Source of the DNA: a virus
Taxonomy: Duplodnaviria > Caudoviricetes
IMG/VR virus record: IMGVR_UViG_3300037522_000055
Location: 1-62,910 of that record
Length of the DNA: 62,910 nt
Direction: 5' to 3' (one strand)
This document shows, one piece after another, positions 17,795 through 27,334 of the stretch. The notes under the pieces are model-generated. The model ran no database searches, was not told the DNA's origin, and saw only the letters and a list, made by a program, of their open reading frames with translations. Every line of letters starts with the position of its first letter. Within the stretch, counting starts at the first letter, position 1. The translations under genes and the position numbers were made by a program.

Positions 17795-17839
17795 TGGCAC
17801 GGGATGTGCTAGGCTGTTGTGGTTGGCACGAATCGTGCT
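17795..17839 (+). promoter_or_regulatory. Tandem TGGCAC-N5-GTGC motifs (sigma54-like) before the capsid operon
   Basis: TGGCACGGGATGTGCT at 17795 and TGGCACGAATCGTGCT at 17824. Confidence 0.45.
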
Positions 17840-17845
17840 AGTCAC

Positions 17846-19114
17846 ATGCCGAGTTCAAAGTACACCCTTCGTTTGAAAACGATTTGTCGAATCAGCGCCG
17901 TCGACCGCCCCGCGCAGCCGACCGCCGCGGTTCGGCTGATTAAACGAGACGACTCCGCCAAGAGCGCGCCTGTCGACTTCACCGCCGAGTTCAAGGTGGC
18001 GAAGCTCGACGACGATCTTCGCTTGGTGTTTGGGTACGCGTTCACGTCGACGAAGGACGGTGCGCCGTACCACGACTTGCAGGGCGATCACGTCTTGTCG
18101 GACGACGAGATGATCAAAGCGGCGCTCGCGTTTGTTACGACGGGCGCGCGAGCGGACGTCATGCACGACCGGCTCGATCACGGCGGAAGCGTTCCGTTCC
18201 TTATGCCCATGACGCCAGAGATCGCGAAGGCATTCGGGCTCGAGGGCGGCGAGGTCGGCCTGATGGTCGGTATGCGACCGGACGCCGAGACCTACGCGAA
18301 ATTCAAAGACGGCACTTACACCGCGTTCTCGATCGACGGCACCGGCGAGCGCGAGTTGGTTACCGAAAAAACCACCGTCGACATCCAGATCATTCCAGCA
18401 ACCAAATCGGTTCCCAAGGAGAAAGAAAACATGCCCGAAGTCGAAGACCTCAAAAAGAACGTCGACGAGCTCAACGCGAAGCTTTCCAAGGCCATCGCCT
18501 ACGGCTCCTTGTCGGACGCCGAGAAGAAGTATCACGCGGCGCTGCCGGATTGCGAGCGCGATGCGTGGCTCGGCAAGGCACGTTCCGCACGCGCGGAAGA
18601 CGTCAACAAAGCCGCGGAGGCCGACGCCGTTGTGTACAAGTCCGAGCGAACGGGCAAGGAGTACCGCAAGAGCGCGGGCGCGGAGCTGATTGACGCCGTG
18701 AAGGCGGCCGATGAGGCGTTCGCCGCGGTCAGCACCGAGAAGGCGCTGCGCGAAAAGGCGGAGCTCGAAAAGCGCGCCGACGACGAGATTGGGAATTTCT
18801 CGGGCTCGGTCAAGGCTCGCGCGGCACTGCTCAAGGCTGTCGATTCGATCGCCGACGAGAGCGTTCGCAAAGAGGTTCAGGAGTCGATCAAGGGCGCCGA
18901 CGGCACCATCAAGCGCATGTTCGAGACCGCCGGAACGTGGGAGCGCGAAGCTTCCCCCGACAGCCCGCAGGCGAAGATCGAGAAGCTGGCCCACACGCGC
19001 GCGTCCGAGAAGGGCGAGGCGTATGGCGTGGCCTATTGCGAAGTGCTCAAGACGGCTGAAGGTGAGTCGCTGTACAACCAGCTTCGTGCAGAGCAGAGCG
19101 CCAACGCGAGCTAA
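17846..19114 (+). CDS. Prohead protease (XkdF-like) fused to scaffold
   Basis: ISAVDRPAQ, RLVFGYA, DLQGD, DVMH, KDGTYTAFSIDG; coiled-coil-like C-terminus. Confidence 0.8.
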   Translation: MPSSKYTLRLKTICRISAVDRPAQPTAAVRLIKRDDSAKSAPVDFTAEFKVAKLDDDLRLVFGYAFTSTKDGAPYHDLQGDHVLSDDEMIKAALAFVTTGARADVMHDRLDHGGSVPFLMPMTPEIAKAFGLEGGEVGLMVGMRPDAETYAKFKDGTYTAFSIDGTGERELVTEKTTVDIQIIPATKSVPKEKENMPEVEDLKKNVDELNAKLSKAIAYGSLSDAEKKYHAALPDCERDAWLGKARSARAEDVNKAAEADAVVYKSERTGKEYRKSAGAELIDAVKAADEAFAAVSTEKALREKAELEKRADDEIGNFSGSVKARAALLKAVDSIADESVRKEVQESIKGADGTIKRMFETAGTWEREASPDSPQAKIEKLAHTRASEKGEAYGVAYCEVLKTAEGESLYNQLRAEQSANAS

Positions 19115-19116
19115 CC

Positions 19117-19584
19117 ATGCCCAGCAAAGAACGACAGAAGACGTATCAAGCTGGCGACATGGTCGTCAGCGGTGACGTGACGTTCTCGGGTGAAGTCGCG
19201 CATACGGGCGCGGTCTTGGACACCGTCGAGGCCGTGACGGCAACGGCCGACGGGCTCACGACGGGTCTCATCTCTCGCGGGTCGAAGTTTGTAGTGGTCA
19301 CTTCGGCTAGTGCAGTCAACATCGTTCGGTTGCCGCCCGGACTGGCGGCCGACGTTGGTATGACGATCAAAGGCTGGGTCGGAACTAACGGCTGCGAGAT
19401 GCGCACCAACGTCGGTGATAGCGCGACTATCAATGACGTGGACTGCGACGACTCCGCGAACGAAGCTGCTATCCCGGCGACGACTTTTTTCACTTGTACG
19501 CTCGTCGCACTCGATACGTGGATTCTCGAAACGGCCGACGAAGAAGGCGTTGCTATCTCGGGTATCATTCCCGACGCCCAGTAA
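19117..19584 (+). CDS. Putative head decoration / virion protein
   Basis: Position between protease and capsid genes. Confidence 0.55.
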   Translation: MPSKERQKTYQAGDMVVSGDVTFSGEVAHTGAVLDTVEAVTATADGLTTGLISRGSKFVVVTSASAVNIVRLPPGLAADVGMTIKGWVGTNGCEMRTNVGDSATINDVDCDDSANEAAIPATTFFTCTLVALDTWILETADEEGVAISGIIPDAQ

Positions 19585-19599
19585 TTCAGGAGAAAGACA

Positions 19600-19971
19600 A
19601 TGGCATCAGATCAAGGCGGAAAAGACATCTCGATCGAAGCGGGCGCCGACCTCTCGGCGCTTCAGTACACGTTCGTCACCCTGGCCTCGGACGGTCAGGT
19701 CGACGGAACTTCGTCGGCGGGCGGGACGGCGCTTGGCATCTTGCAGAACAAGCCGAACGCCGCGGGCCAAATCGCGGTCGTGCGGATCGAGGGCTGTTCG
19801 AAGCTTGTGGCCGGCGCGACCATCACCCCGGACGACAAGATCCAGTCCGATGCCGCCGGAGAAGGTGCTGTTGCTACAACTGGCGATCACGTTCTCGCTC
19901 ACGCGCTGGAAGGCGCTGATGACGGAGACGTGTTCGAAGTCGCACTCGTTTCCAAGCATGTCCTGGCGTAA
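19600..19971 (+). CDS. Capsid cement protein (DUF2190-like)
   Basis: EAGADLS, LGILQNKP, AGATIT motifs; directly upstream of the capsid gene. Confidence 0.75.
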   Translation: MASDQGGKDISIEAGADLSALQYTFVTLASDGQVDGTSSAGGTALGILQNKPNAAGQIAVVRIEGCSKLVAGATITPDDKIQSDAAGEGAVATTGDHVLAHALEGADDGDVFEVALVSKHVLA

Positions 19972-19983
19972 GGAGCCAAACCA

Positions 19984-20964
19984 ATGACGATGATCCGTAA
20001 GAGTCTCCCGACCCCCGGTGATGTGCATATCGATGCGCCGCTCACCAATATGTCCCTCGGGTTCATGCAGTCGCCCAACGCGTTCGTGGCGACGAAGGTG
20101 TTCCCGATGCTGGGCGTTGAGAAGCGGTCGGACAAGTACTTCACTTATGACCGGAGCTACTGGTTCCGTTCGGAGATGCGTAAGCGCGGTCCGGCCACGG
20201 AGTCGGCCGGCGCGGGATACGCCATCTCGAGCGCCGACTACAGTTGCGACGTGTATGCGCTGCACAAGGATGTCGACGACGACACCCGCGGCAATGCCGA
20301 CACGCCGATTCAGGTCGATCGCGAGGCGTCCGACTTCCTCTCGCTTCAGGCGCTCCTGAACCTGGAGAAGCAGTGGGCTTCCGAGTTCTTCACCACGGGC
20401 AAGTGGACGACTGATCTCACCCCCACGACCACGTGGGACGACCCGTCTTCGGACCCGGTGAGCGACGTCAACGTCGGCGTTCGCACCATCATCCAGAGCA
20501 CGGGGGTCGATCCGTCGCAGCTCAAGCTGACCTGTGGTTACAAGGTCTGGGAGAAGCTGAAGGAACACCCGGACCTCATCGACCGGGTGAAGTACGGCCA
20601 GACCGCGGGCTCGCCCGCCATGGTTTCGCCTGCCGCGGTCGCCTCGGTGTTCGGTATCGGCGAGCTTTTGATCGCCCGTGCCATCGAGAACACCGCTGAC
20701 GAAGGTGCAAACGCGTCGTACGACTTCATCAACGGGAAGCACGCCCTGCTTACGTACTCGCCGTCCAGCCCCGGCATCCGTACCCCTTGCTCCGGCCTTA
20801 CCATGGTGTGGACGGGTCGAGTGGGCTCCAACGCCGCGGGCGGCGTCCTTCGCCGGTTCCGTATGGAGAAGCTCAAGTCGGATCGGTACGAGATCGAGCA
20901 CGCGTTCGACCAGAAGCTGGTCAGCGCCGATCTCGGATACATGATGGACGACGCGGTCGCGTAA
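19984..20964 (+). CDS. Major capsid protein
   Basis: VHIDAPLTNMS, WDDPSSDPVSDV, LKEHPDLIDRVKY; size and position. Confidence 0.85.
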   Translation: MTMIRKSLPTPGDVHIDAPLTNMSLGFMQSPNAFVATKVFPMLGVEKRSDKYFTYDRSYWFRSEMRKRGPATESAGAGYAISSADYSCDVYALHKDVDDDTRGNADTPIQVDREASDFLSLQALLNLEKQWASEFFTTGKWTTDLTPTTTWDDPSSDPVSDVNVGVRTIIQSTGVDPSQLKLTCGYKVWEKLKEHPDLIDRVKYGQTAGSPAMVSPAAVASVFGIGELLIARAIENTADEGANASYDFINGKHALLTYSPSSPGIRTPCSGLTMVWTGRVGSNAAGGVLRRFRMEKLKSDRYEIEHAFDQKLVSADLGYMMDDAVA

Positions 20965-20970
20965 CCATAA

Positions 20971-21006
20971 CGCCAAGCCCGATTTCGGTCGGGCTTGGCG
21001 CTTCTT
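20971..21006 (+). terminator. Hairpin terminator-like element after the capsid gene
   Basis: CGCCAAGCCCGA-TTTCGG-TCGGGCTTGGCG then CTTCTT. Confidence 0.6.
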
Positions 21007-21022
21007 ACACTGGAGGCCCCTA

Positions 21023-21289
21023 GTGACGATGTATCAACGCGAGACCTACGACCCGACGCGGAGTATGGTTGCTCGCAAAACGTTTACGTGCCAGGGCGTG
21101 AACTACACGCCGGGTAAAAAGTTCGAAGGTGTTGTGGACGATCGCCGGCTGCGGCAGATGTACGAGACTCGCTGGCTCGCGGTCGAAGGCTCGAAAGACG
21201 CGGACAGCGCGGTTCGAGCGTACAAGGCAACTCAGAAGAAAGCCAAGGGCGCGAAGAAGCCGGGCCTGTTGGACAGCATCGGGGTGTAG
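21023..21289 (+). CDS. Hypothetical virion-associated protein
   Basis: RBS GGAGG; position in late operon. Confidence 0.6.
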   Translation: MTMYQRETYDPTRSMVARKTFTCQGVNYTPGKKFEGVVDDRRLRQMYETRWLAVEGSKDADSAVRAYKATQKKAKGAKKPGLLDSIGV

Positions 21290-21292
21290 CTC

Positions 21293-21961
21293 ATGATGAC
21301 GATCCGTGAAACCATCAGCGCCGGCACTACGCTACTCAGCGCGGCGGCGTCGCTGCCGTTCCCTCCGCTTGCCGGGGGTGACGTCGCGGACTGGATGTCA
21401 GGCAACAAGGCGCCGCCGGAGTTCGACCTAGAGCTGTCGTCGGATAACACGTCGGCACTCACGAATTTGGAGCTCGACGCGGCCGTTGCCGAGGCACAGT
21501 CGATTTCGGACGACGACTTCACGGCGACCAACGGGACGAATACGCTCACGGCGACTACTCACGGATTGCAAACCGGGGACGGTCCTATTCAGCTTACGAA
21601 TGCGGGCGGGGCGTTGCCGGCCGGTTTAGAGACGGCGACAGACTACTGGGTCATCAAGTCGGACGCTAACGACTTCCAGCTCGCGCTCACGCGGGCGGAT
21701 GCCCTGGCGGACACGGCAGTCGCTTTTACCGACGACGGCACGGGCACTCATACGCTCGAGGACACCGCGACCACCGAGAGGCTTCAGTGGGCTTCGCATG
21801 GGCTTCTCGGTCAGGCCGAGGACGGCGCGATTAATCTTACGGCGACGAAGCGTTTCACGCAGCGATGTCGGCATCGGATTCGCGTCGTCGCGTACTCGGT
21901 TTCTGGCGCGGTGGACGCCGGCAATATCACCGTCAAGGCGTTCCCCGTTACAGAGGTGTAG
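21293..21961 (+). CDS. Hypothetical structural protein
   Basis: HGLQTGD...LPAGL...YWVI...FQLALT beta-rich motif seen in virion proteins. Confidence 0.6.
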   Translation: MMTIRETISAGTTLLSAAASLPFPPLAGGDVADWMSGNKAPPEFDLELSSDNTSALTNLELDAAVAEAQSISDDDFTATNGTNTLTATTHGLQTGDGPIQLTNAGGALPAGLETATDYWVIKSDANDFQLALTRADALADTAVAFTDDGTGTHTLEDTATTERLQWASHGLLGQAEDGAINLTATKRFTQRCRHRIRVVAYSVSGAVDAGNITVKAFPVTEV

Positions 21962-21963
21962 TC

Positions 21964-23973
21964 GTGCTGGGGAGCCTAATCCCTAGAAACGGGTTGTTGC
22001 GGTCGCAGGGACTCGTAGGCGGCGGGTTGATTCCTGGCGCGGGCGACGCCGACACCCTCACGCTCTACGCGGACTACACGCAGCCGAGGCAGCAGGCGTT
22101 CCCGACGACGGCCGCGGGATTCAACACGCTCGGCGGTTCGCCCACGGGCTCTCACTCGTGGCTGTGCGACGAGGCGAGCGGAAACCTCGTGGACGAGATC
22201 GGCGGCGAGGCGCTTGTCCCGGAGAACTCGCCGCTCCACGATCGTCGCGCGGTCGGCTTCTTTGACGGCACCGACACCTACTCGAAGGCCGCCGTCGAAG
22301 TCGAAAAAGACACGTCGCAGCGGGTTAAAAGCGCGGACATGGCGTTCTTGGATCGCGACGAGACGGAGAGCATCGCGATAGCCGTGGACATTTGCATCCC
22401 CCAAACGGCGGGCACCGGACTCAAGCAGATCGTCGGTAAGTACAACGGCGGAACGGGGGTCGGCTACACGATTCTGGCGTCGTCCGCGGGCACGGTCGTG
22501 CTGCGGGTGGAAGGCGGTGTCACGCGAACAATCGCGCTGTCGGGTCTCAGCGACGGCGCCCGCCATCGTGTAGTGATGGTGATCGATCGAGCGGCACAGG
22601 AGCTTCGGGGCTACGACGACGTCAACGGTGCGGCGACACCGGTAGATATCTCAACGGTCGGGACCCTCAGCAACACGATAGATTTCGGGATAGGCGCCCA
22701 CTCGTCAGGCTTCAGCGCGGCGCCAGCAATGGTCTCCTGGCTGGGCGTGTGTCTAGACGCCGAAGCCGAGAAGGTCACCGGTCTAGGAACAAGCTGGTCC
22801 CACGCCACCGACCCCGGCGGCGACACGGCGCTGCACCCCGCGCTCTCGACCTACACCCGCAACTCCGTGACCGCGTGTCCGATCGGCGACGATCCGGCGT
22901 ACGGGCTCAGGATTGCGAAGTACGGCTCGGGGCAGTTCGCGCACCGCTACGACGCGGACTATTCGCACGCCACGAAGCTCGACATGGCGGGCAGCGACGC
23001 GCGCACGAACCTACTCGCCGGCTCCGAGGCGCTGCACGACACGGACTGGGCCGACATCGGGACGCCGACCGTCACCGCGAACGCGATGGAGGCGGCGGAC
23101 GGATCGCAGACGCTCACGACGATCGCGGCGAGCGGTGCGGCGGAGGGGCGCGACCAGACGATCACGGTCAACGCGGAGACCGAGTACACGTTCCAGATCT
23201 TCAACGCGATGCGCGGCATTCCCGGGACCGACGCCTTCGCCGAGGTCGAGATCTACGACGCGGACAACGCCGCGACGATCGACACGCTCCAGATCGATCG
23301 CGACACCGACGACCTGAACGCGGCCGAGGAGCTCACGTTCACCACGCCGACCGGCTGCACCTCGGTCGAGGTCCGCGTGCGCGTGGACGACGGCTCGACG
23401 ATGGGCTTAGGGATGGTGCAGGTCGTACTCGGCAAGCCCACGACCTATATCCCGTCGCCGGTCGGGGCGGCGGGGACGCGGGTCATCACGACCCCGCGGC
23501 TCACCAACACCGGCGGTGACACCATCATCACGGCCGACCGGGGTGAGATCGAGATCGTGTGCTCGCTCGACTCGGACGCCAGTACGCCCGCTCGGACGCT
23601 GATCAACATCGACGATGGGGCGACGAACAACGGCCGCATCCGGTTGCAGGTGACGAACGTGGGCACGATCGCGGTGCTGATCTGGGACTCGGCCGGCACG
23701 ATCCGGCAGAACTTCCAGGCCGCCGACCCGGGCAACTGGGATCAGTTGCACACGATCCGGCTGCGCTGGGATACGGCCGCGGGTGTCGCCGGTAACGCGG
23801 AAAACTGCGATCTGATTGTCGACGGCGTGCGTACGGCGGGCGCTGTGCAGACGTGGACGATGGGCAGCGGGCTCACGCTCGCCGCACTTGGTATCAACCG
23901 GAACGCGGACGCCGAGAACGGCGGCATCGCCCACGTCAAGGCGTGGAGCACGCCGCGCCCGGAGTCGGTGTGA
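21964..23973 (+). CDS. Fibre / adhesin-like protein with LamG-like and carbohydrate-binding-like domains
   Basis: W.CDEASG, LSDGARHRVVMVIDR, RTNLLAGSE motifs. Confidence 0.6.
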   Translation: MLGSLIPRNGLLRSQGLVGGGLIPGAGDADTLTLYADYTQPRQQAFPTTAAGFNTLGGSPTGSHSWLCDEASGNLVDEIGGEALVPENSPLHDRRAVGFFDGTDTYSKAAVEVEKDTSQRVKSADMAFLDRDETESIAIAVDICIPQTAGTGLKQIVGKYNGGTGVGYTILASSAGTVVLRVEGGVTRTIALSGLSDGARHRVVMVIDRAAQELRGYDDVNGAATPVDISTVGTLSNTIDFGIGAHSSGFSAAPAMVSWLGVCLDAEAEKVTGLGTSWSHATDPGGDTALHPALSTYTRNSVTACPIGDDPAYGLRIAKYGSGQFAHRYDADYSHATKLDMAGSDARTNLLAGSEALHDTDWADIGTPTVTANAMEAADGSQTLTTIAASGAAEGRDQTITVNAETEYTFQIFNAMRGIPGTDAFAEVEIYDADNAATIDTLQIDRDTDDLNAAEELTFTTPTGCTSVEVRVRVDDGSTMGLGMVQVVLGKPTTYIPSPVGAAGTRVITTPRLTNTGGDTIITADRGEIEIVCSLDSDASTPARTLINIDDGATNNGRIRLQVTNVGTIAVLIWDSAGTIRQNFQAADPGNWDQLHTIRLRWDTAAGVAGNAENCDLIVDGVRTAGAVQTWTMGSGLTLAALGINRNADAENGGIAHVKAWSTPRPESV

Positions 23974-24395
23974 GCCGCCCCGTCGTCATAGGCGTCGCCG
24001 ACGTGCAGGACATCATCGCCGGTCTACCGGACAGCGTCGATTACAGGCGCACCGGACCTGGCATCCACACGCTGTCCTGGCGCGAGCACGCGCTCACCGT
24101 CTGGAACACCGGACTCGTGGTCGGCGGCAAGCGGTGGTTCTACGGCTCCGGTAGCAGGCTCATCCTCGTCGGGCTCGCGCATCTCGGCGCGGACATCCGT
24201 CTGGTTTCAGACCTCACGGTCGCGCAACGCGATCAACTGCGAGCCGCTGGCATCCGCGCAATTCGGCGCGTGAGTGACGGCGCGATCGTCGGCCTCATGC
24301 CGCCCGTGGTGTTCGCGGGTGAGCAGCCAATCTCAGTCGGACTCGACGGTCAGCTCGAAGACGGCGAACAGTACGCGGTGGACGCCGCGCTGTAG
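23970..24395 (+). CDS. Hypothetical protein homologous to the C-terminus of 24855..26540
   Basis: AAGIRAIRRVSDGAIVGLMP versus AAGARKIVRDSDGATVTLMP. Confidence 0.65.
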   Translation: MSRPVVIGVADVQDIIAGLPDSVDYRRTGPGIHTLSWREHALTVWNTGLVVGGKRWFYGSGSRLILVGLAHLGADIRLVSDLTVAQRDQLRAAGIRAIRRVSDGAIVGLMPPVVFAGEQPISVGLDGQLEDGEQYAVDAAL

Positions 24396-24410
24396 AAGGA
24401 AGAAACGACA

Positions 24411-24845
24411 ATGGGCAAATCAAACGTATGGGAGACGGGGCTGTTGGATCTGGTGTTCAAGAACTCCGACTTCACCGGACTCGGCGATGCGGGAGGACTG
24501 CTCGGCAGCGCCGGAGCGGGAAATCTCTACGTCTCGCTGCACACCTCCGATCCCGGAGAGGCCGGCGACCAGGAGACCAACGAGATCGCGTACACCAGCT
24601 ACGCCCGCGTCGCCGTAGCGCGCGGCGCTGGGTGGACGGTCAGCGGTGGGCAGGTCGTGCCCGCTGCGGAGATCTCGTTTCCCCAGGGCACCGGCGGCAG
24701 CGGCACCGTGACACACTTCGGCGTTGGCACTGCGTCGAGCGGCGCGGGCAAGCTGTTATACAGCGGCGCCATCACGCCGAACATCGTGTGTGGCGACGGG
24801 GTCGCTCCCGCGCTGGACACCGACACGAACATCAACGAGGACTGA
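24411..24845 (+). CDS. Conserved virion / fibre-associated protein
   Basis: LYVSLHTSDPGEAG...EIAYTSYARVAV motif. Confidence 0.7.
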   Translation: MGKSNVWETGLLDLVFKNSDFTGLGDAGGLLGSAGAGNLYVSLHTSDPGEAGDQETNEIAYTSYARVAVARGAGWTVSGGQVVPAAEISFPQGTGGSGTVTHFGVGTASSGAGKLLYSGAITPNIVCGDGVAPALDTDTNINED

Positions 24846-24854
24846 GCCCACGGG

Positions 24855-26540
24855 ATGTCTTTAGAGCGCCAGGCACCAGACGCCCTGATCGGTACCTCCG
24901 GGTATCAGGGCACGCCTACGCTCGCCGACGTCGCGGACGATCCGGATAGCCCTGACGCGAACTGGCACGTCGCTGCCAACAACAACACGAGTGTCGAGAC
25001 GCACTGCGGTTTTCCGACGCCGTCGAGTGGGCTCACCGACGGTGCTGACCTTCAGGAGTTCCGCGCGAAGGTGCGCAGGACGGGCGGTTCGGGGCCTGGG
25101 ACTCCTACAGCGCGTGTCGAGTTGTGGGAGGCAGGGTCACTCGTGCGTGCGGGCGACGAGGTCAACGTCATAGGTTCCCCCGTGATCTCGTTCACGTGGA
25201 ACGCGACCGAGATTTCCTCCCCGGCCGACGTCGAGATCAAGATCATCGGGACCAAGACGGGCGGGTCGCCGCAGGTACGCGCTTCCGTGGACGTCGGCGC
25301 GGTCGAGTGGAACGCGGACATCTCAGCGGCGGCGTCCATTGCCACGGGCGAGTCCAGCGGCGCCGCGACGGCCGCTGCGACCGGACGCGCCGACGCGCGG
25401 GCGACCTCAACCGTAAACGGTGTTGCGACCGCAGCGGCTACGGGGCGCAGCGATGCGCGCAGTACGGCGACCGCCAGCGGCGCGGCGACTGTCGCGGCAG
25501 TCGGGCGGGCAGACACCACAGCCTCGGCAACCGCGAGCGGTGCGGCCACGGCAGACGGCACCGCTCGCGCCGACGCCAGGGCCACGGCGAGCGCGAGCGG
25601 GACCTCCACGGCGAATGCTGTGGGGCGATCCGTGGCGTACAGCGTCGGGGTGGCCAGCGGTTCCGCGACGGCGAGCGCGTTTTCCGGCGGGTCCACGGCG
25701 GCCACCGGGACATCGTCTGGCGCAGCGACGGCGGCAGCGACGGGCAGAGCCGACGCTCGCGCGGTAGGAGCCAGCAGCGGCAGTGCCACCGCGTCCGCGA
25801 CGGGCCGCTCCGACGCTCGCAGCGTCGGCCTCGTCGATGGGACATCGTCAGCAGGAGCGACGGGTCGCTCGGACGCCAGAGCCACTGCAACGGCGAGCGG
25901 AAGCTCCACCGTGAACGGCGTCGCTGCAGCGGAGACAGCGGTCGCCACCGGCACGTCGTTCGGGGCCGCGACGGCCGCAGCGGTGGGTCGTGCGGTCTCG
26001 CGCGCGAGCGCGACGATCAGCGCCGCGGCGACTGCGAGCGGCATCGGATCATCCATCGCGGTGTCGGGTGGCGAGGCGTTCGCTACGAGCACTGTTGCCG
26101 GCGTCGGGTCGTTCACCGTGGCCCCGGCGTGGAAGCCGCTTCTGGTGACGGTCGAATTCGACGGCAACGGCGACCCGGACATCGGGGTCCCCAACCTGAC
26201 TTGGCATCACCCGAACGGCAGGTTGTGGTTCGCGCAGTGGGGCAGCGAGTGGATCACGATCACGCACGTGGGCGTCGTGCAGTCCGCGAGACGGTTCGTC
26301 GCGATCGGTTCGCGCAAAGCACTGGACTACATGACGCCCGGGATCGCCGGAGTGCTGCCGGAACAAGCGCAGGAGCTGCTCGACGACTGCTACGCCGCGG
26401 GCGCGCGCAAGATCGTGCGGGACTCGGACGGCGCGACCGTCACCCTGATGCCGGACGTCGTCATCTCGGGGATGGACCCGAAGATCAACGCGCTGGGCGA
26501 GGCGTACGACCCGGACGAGACCTATCAGGTGGTGGGGTAG
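24855..26540 (+). CDS. Ala/Thr/Ser/Gly-repeat fibre-like protein
   Basis: Roughly 20-aa repeats of SGAATAAATGRADARAT. Confidence 0.7.
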   Translation: MSLERQAPDALIGTSGYQGTPTLADVADDPDSPDANWHVAANNNTSVETHCGFPTPSSGLTDGADLQEFRAKVRRTGGSGPGTPTARVELWEAGSLVRAGDEVNVIGSPVISFTWNATEISSPADVEIKIIGTKTGGSPQVRASVDVGAVEWNADISAAASIATGESSGAATAAATGRADARATSTVNGVATAAATGRSDARSTATASGAATVAAVGRADTTASATASGAATADGTARADARATASASGTSTANAVGRSVAYSVGVASGSATASAFSGGSTAATGTSSGAATAAATGRADARAVGASSGSATASATGRSDARSVGLVDGTSSAGATGRSDARATATASGSSTVNGVAAAETAVATGTSFGAATAAAVGRAVSRASATISAAATASGIGSSIAVSGGEAFATSTVAGVGSFTVAPAWKPLLVTVEFDGNGDPDIGVPNLTWHHPNGRLWFAQWGSEWITITHVGVVQSARRFVAIGSRKALDYMTPGIAGVLPEQAQELLDDCYAAGARKIVRDSDGATVTLMPDVVISGMDPKINALGEAYDPDETYQVVG

Positions 26541-26924
26541 ATGGCGTCCAAACTAGATCGCGTCATCGACGAATTAAACGAGTTCCTCGAGCTAACCGTG
26601 AAGCGCTTGACCGCCGAAGTTGTCGCGGAACTCGTCGAAGCCAACCCGGTTCAAACTGGTTGGTCTCGCGCAAACTGGGTTCCCGGCACGGGCGATAATG
26701 TCGCGGTCGAACCTGTCGGAACACGCCAGAGCGTAAGCACGTCTGAGAGAGATTTAGGTCTCGCACTAATTCTATCTTCGTACGAGATCGAACAGGGCCG
26801 CGTGACGATTCAGAACAACGTCCCGTACATCACTACAATCAACGACTTTCACCCAACGAGGGCCGGCTTCGTACAAGAGAGCATCGACCGAGCGGTTAGC
26901 TCGATTGCCGGAGGCACACTCTAA
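26541..26924 (+). CDS. Neck / tail completion protein (HK97 gp10-like)
   Basis: NPVQTGWSRANW and IQNNVPYI motifs. Confidence 0.7.
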   Translation: MASKLDRVIDELNEFLELTVKRLTAEVVAELVEANPVQTGWSRANWVPGTGDNVAVEPVGTRQSVSTSERDLGLALILSSYEIEQGRVTIQNNVPYITTINDFHPTRAGFVQESIDRAVSSIAGGTL

Positions 26925-27322
26925 TGGCTGACAGCGCCGCAGCACGAATCAGCATCTACGACCGCATGGTCGCGCAGTGGAACACGGGCAACGGCGACTT
27001 GACGACCGAGGGCGAGCAGTACGAGCCGGACGGGACCGCCTACGTTCGTTTGATGGTCCGCCATGACACATCCAACCAGCGAAGTCACGGCACCGTAAGA
27101 CGATTTCGCCGGCCCGGACGAATCATCGTGCAGTGCTACTCCCCGTCTGGGGAGGGCATAAACGCCCTGGATGGCATGCAAGATTTGGTCCGTGCTATAT
27201 TTGAAGGTGTTTCGTTCGACGACATCGACACTTACGCCTCGACTTGCCGTGAGAGCGGCGAAGAAGGTGGCTATATCCGCGGCGTGGTAGAGACGCCATT
27301 TGACTACGACGAAGTGAAGTAG
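26924..27322 (+). CDS. Tail terminator-like protein
   Basis: GRIIVQCYSPSGEG motif; precedes tail tube. Confidence 0.65.
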   Translation: MADSAAARISIYDRMVAQWNTGNGDLTTEGEQYEPDGTAYVRLMVRHDTSNQRSHGTVRRFRRPGRIIVQCYSPSGEGINALDGMQDLVRAIFEGVSFDDIDTYASTCRESGEEGGYIRGVVETPFDYDEVK

Positions 27323-27334
27323 GGAGCAAGATTC

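Noticed and set aside
17855-26698. Long antisense or alternate-frame ORFs over structural genes (17855..18994, 19606..20976, 25052..26194, 25124..26698)
   Set aside because: Expected in high-GC coding DNA; no recognisable motifs, unlike the HNH ORF inside the intein.
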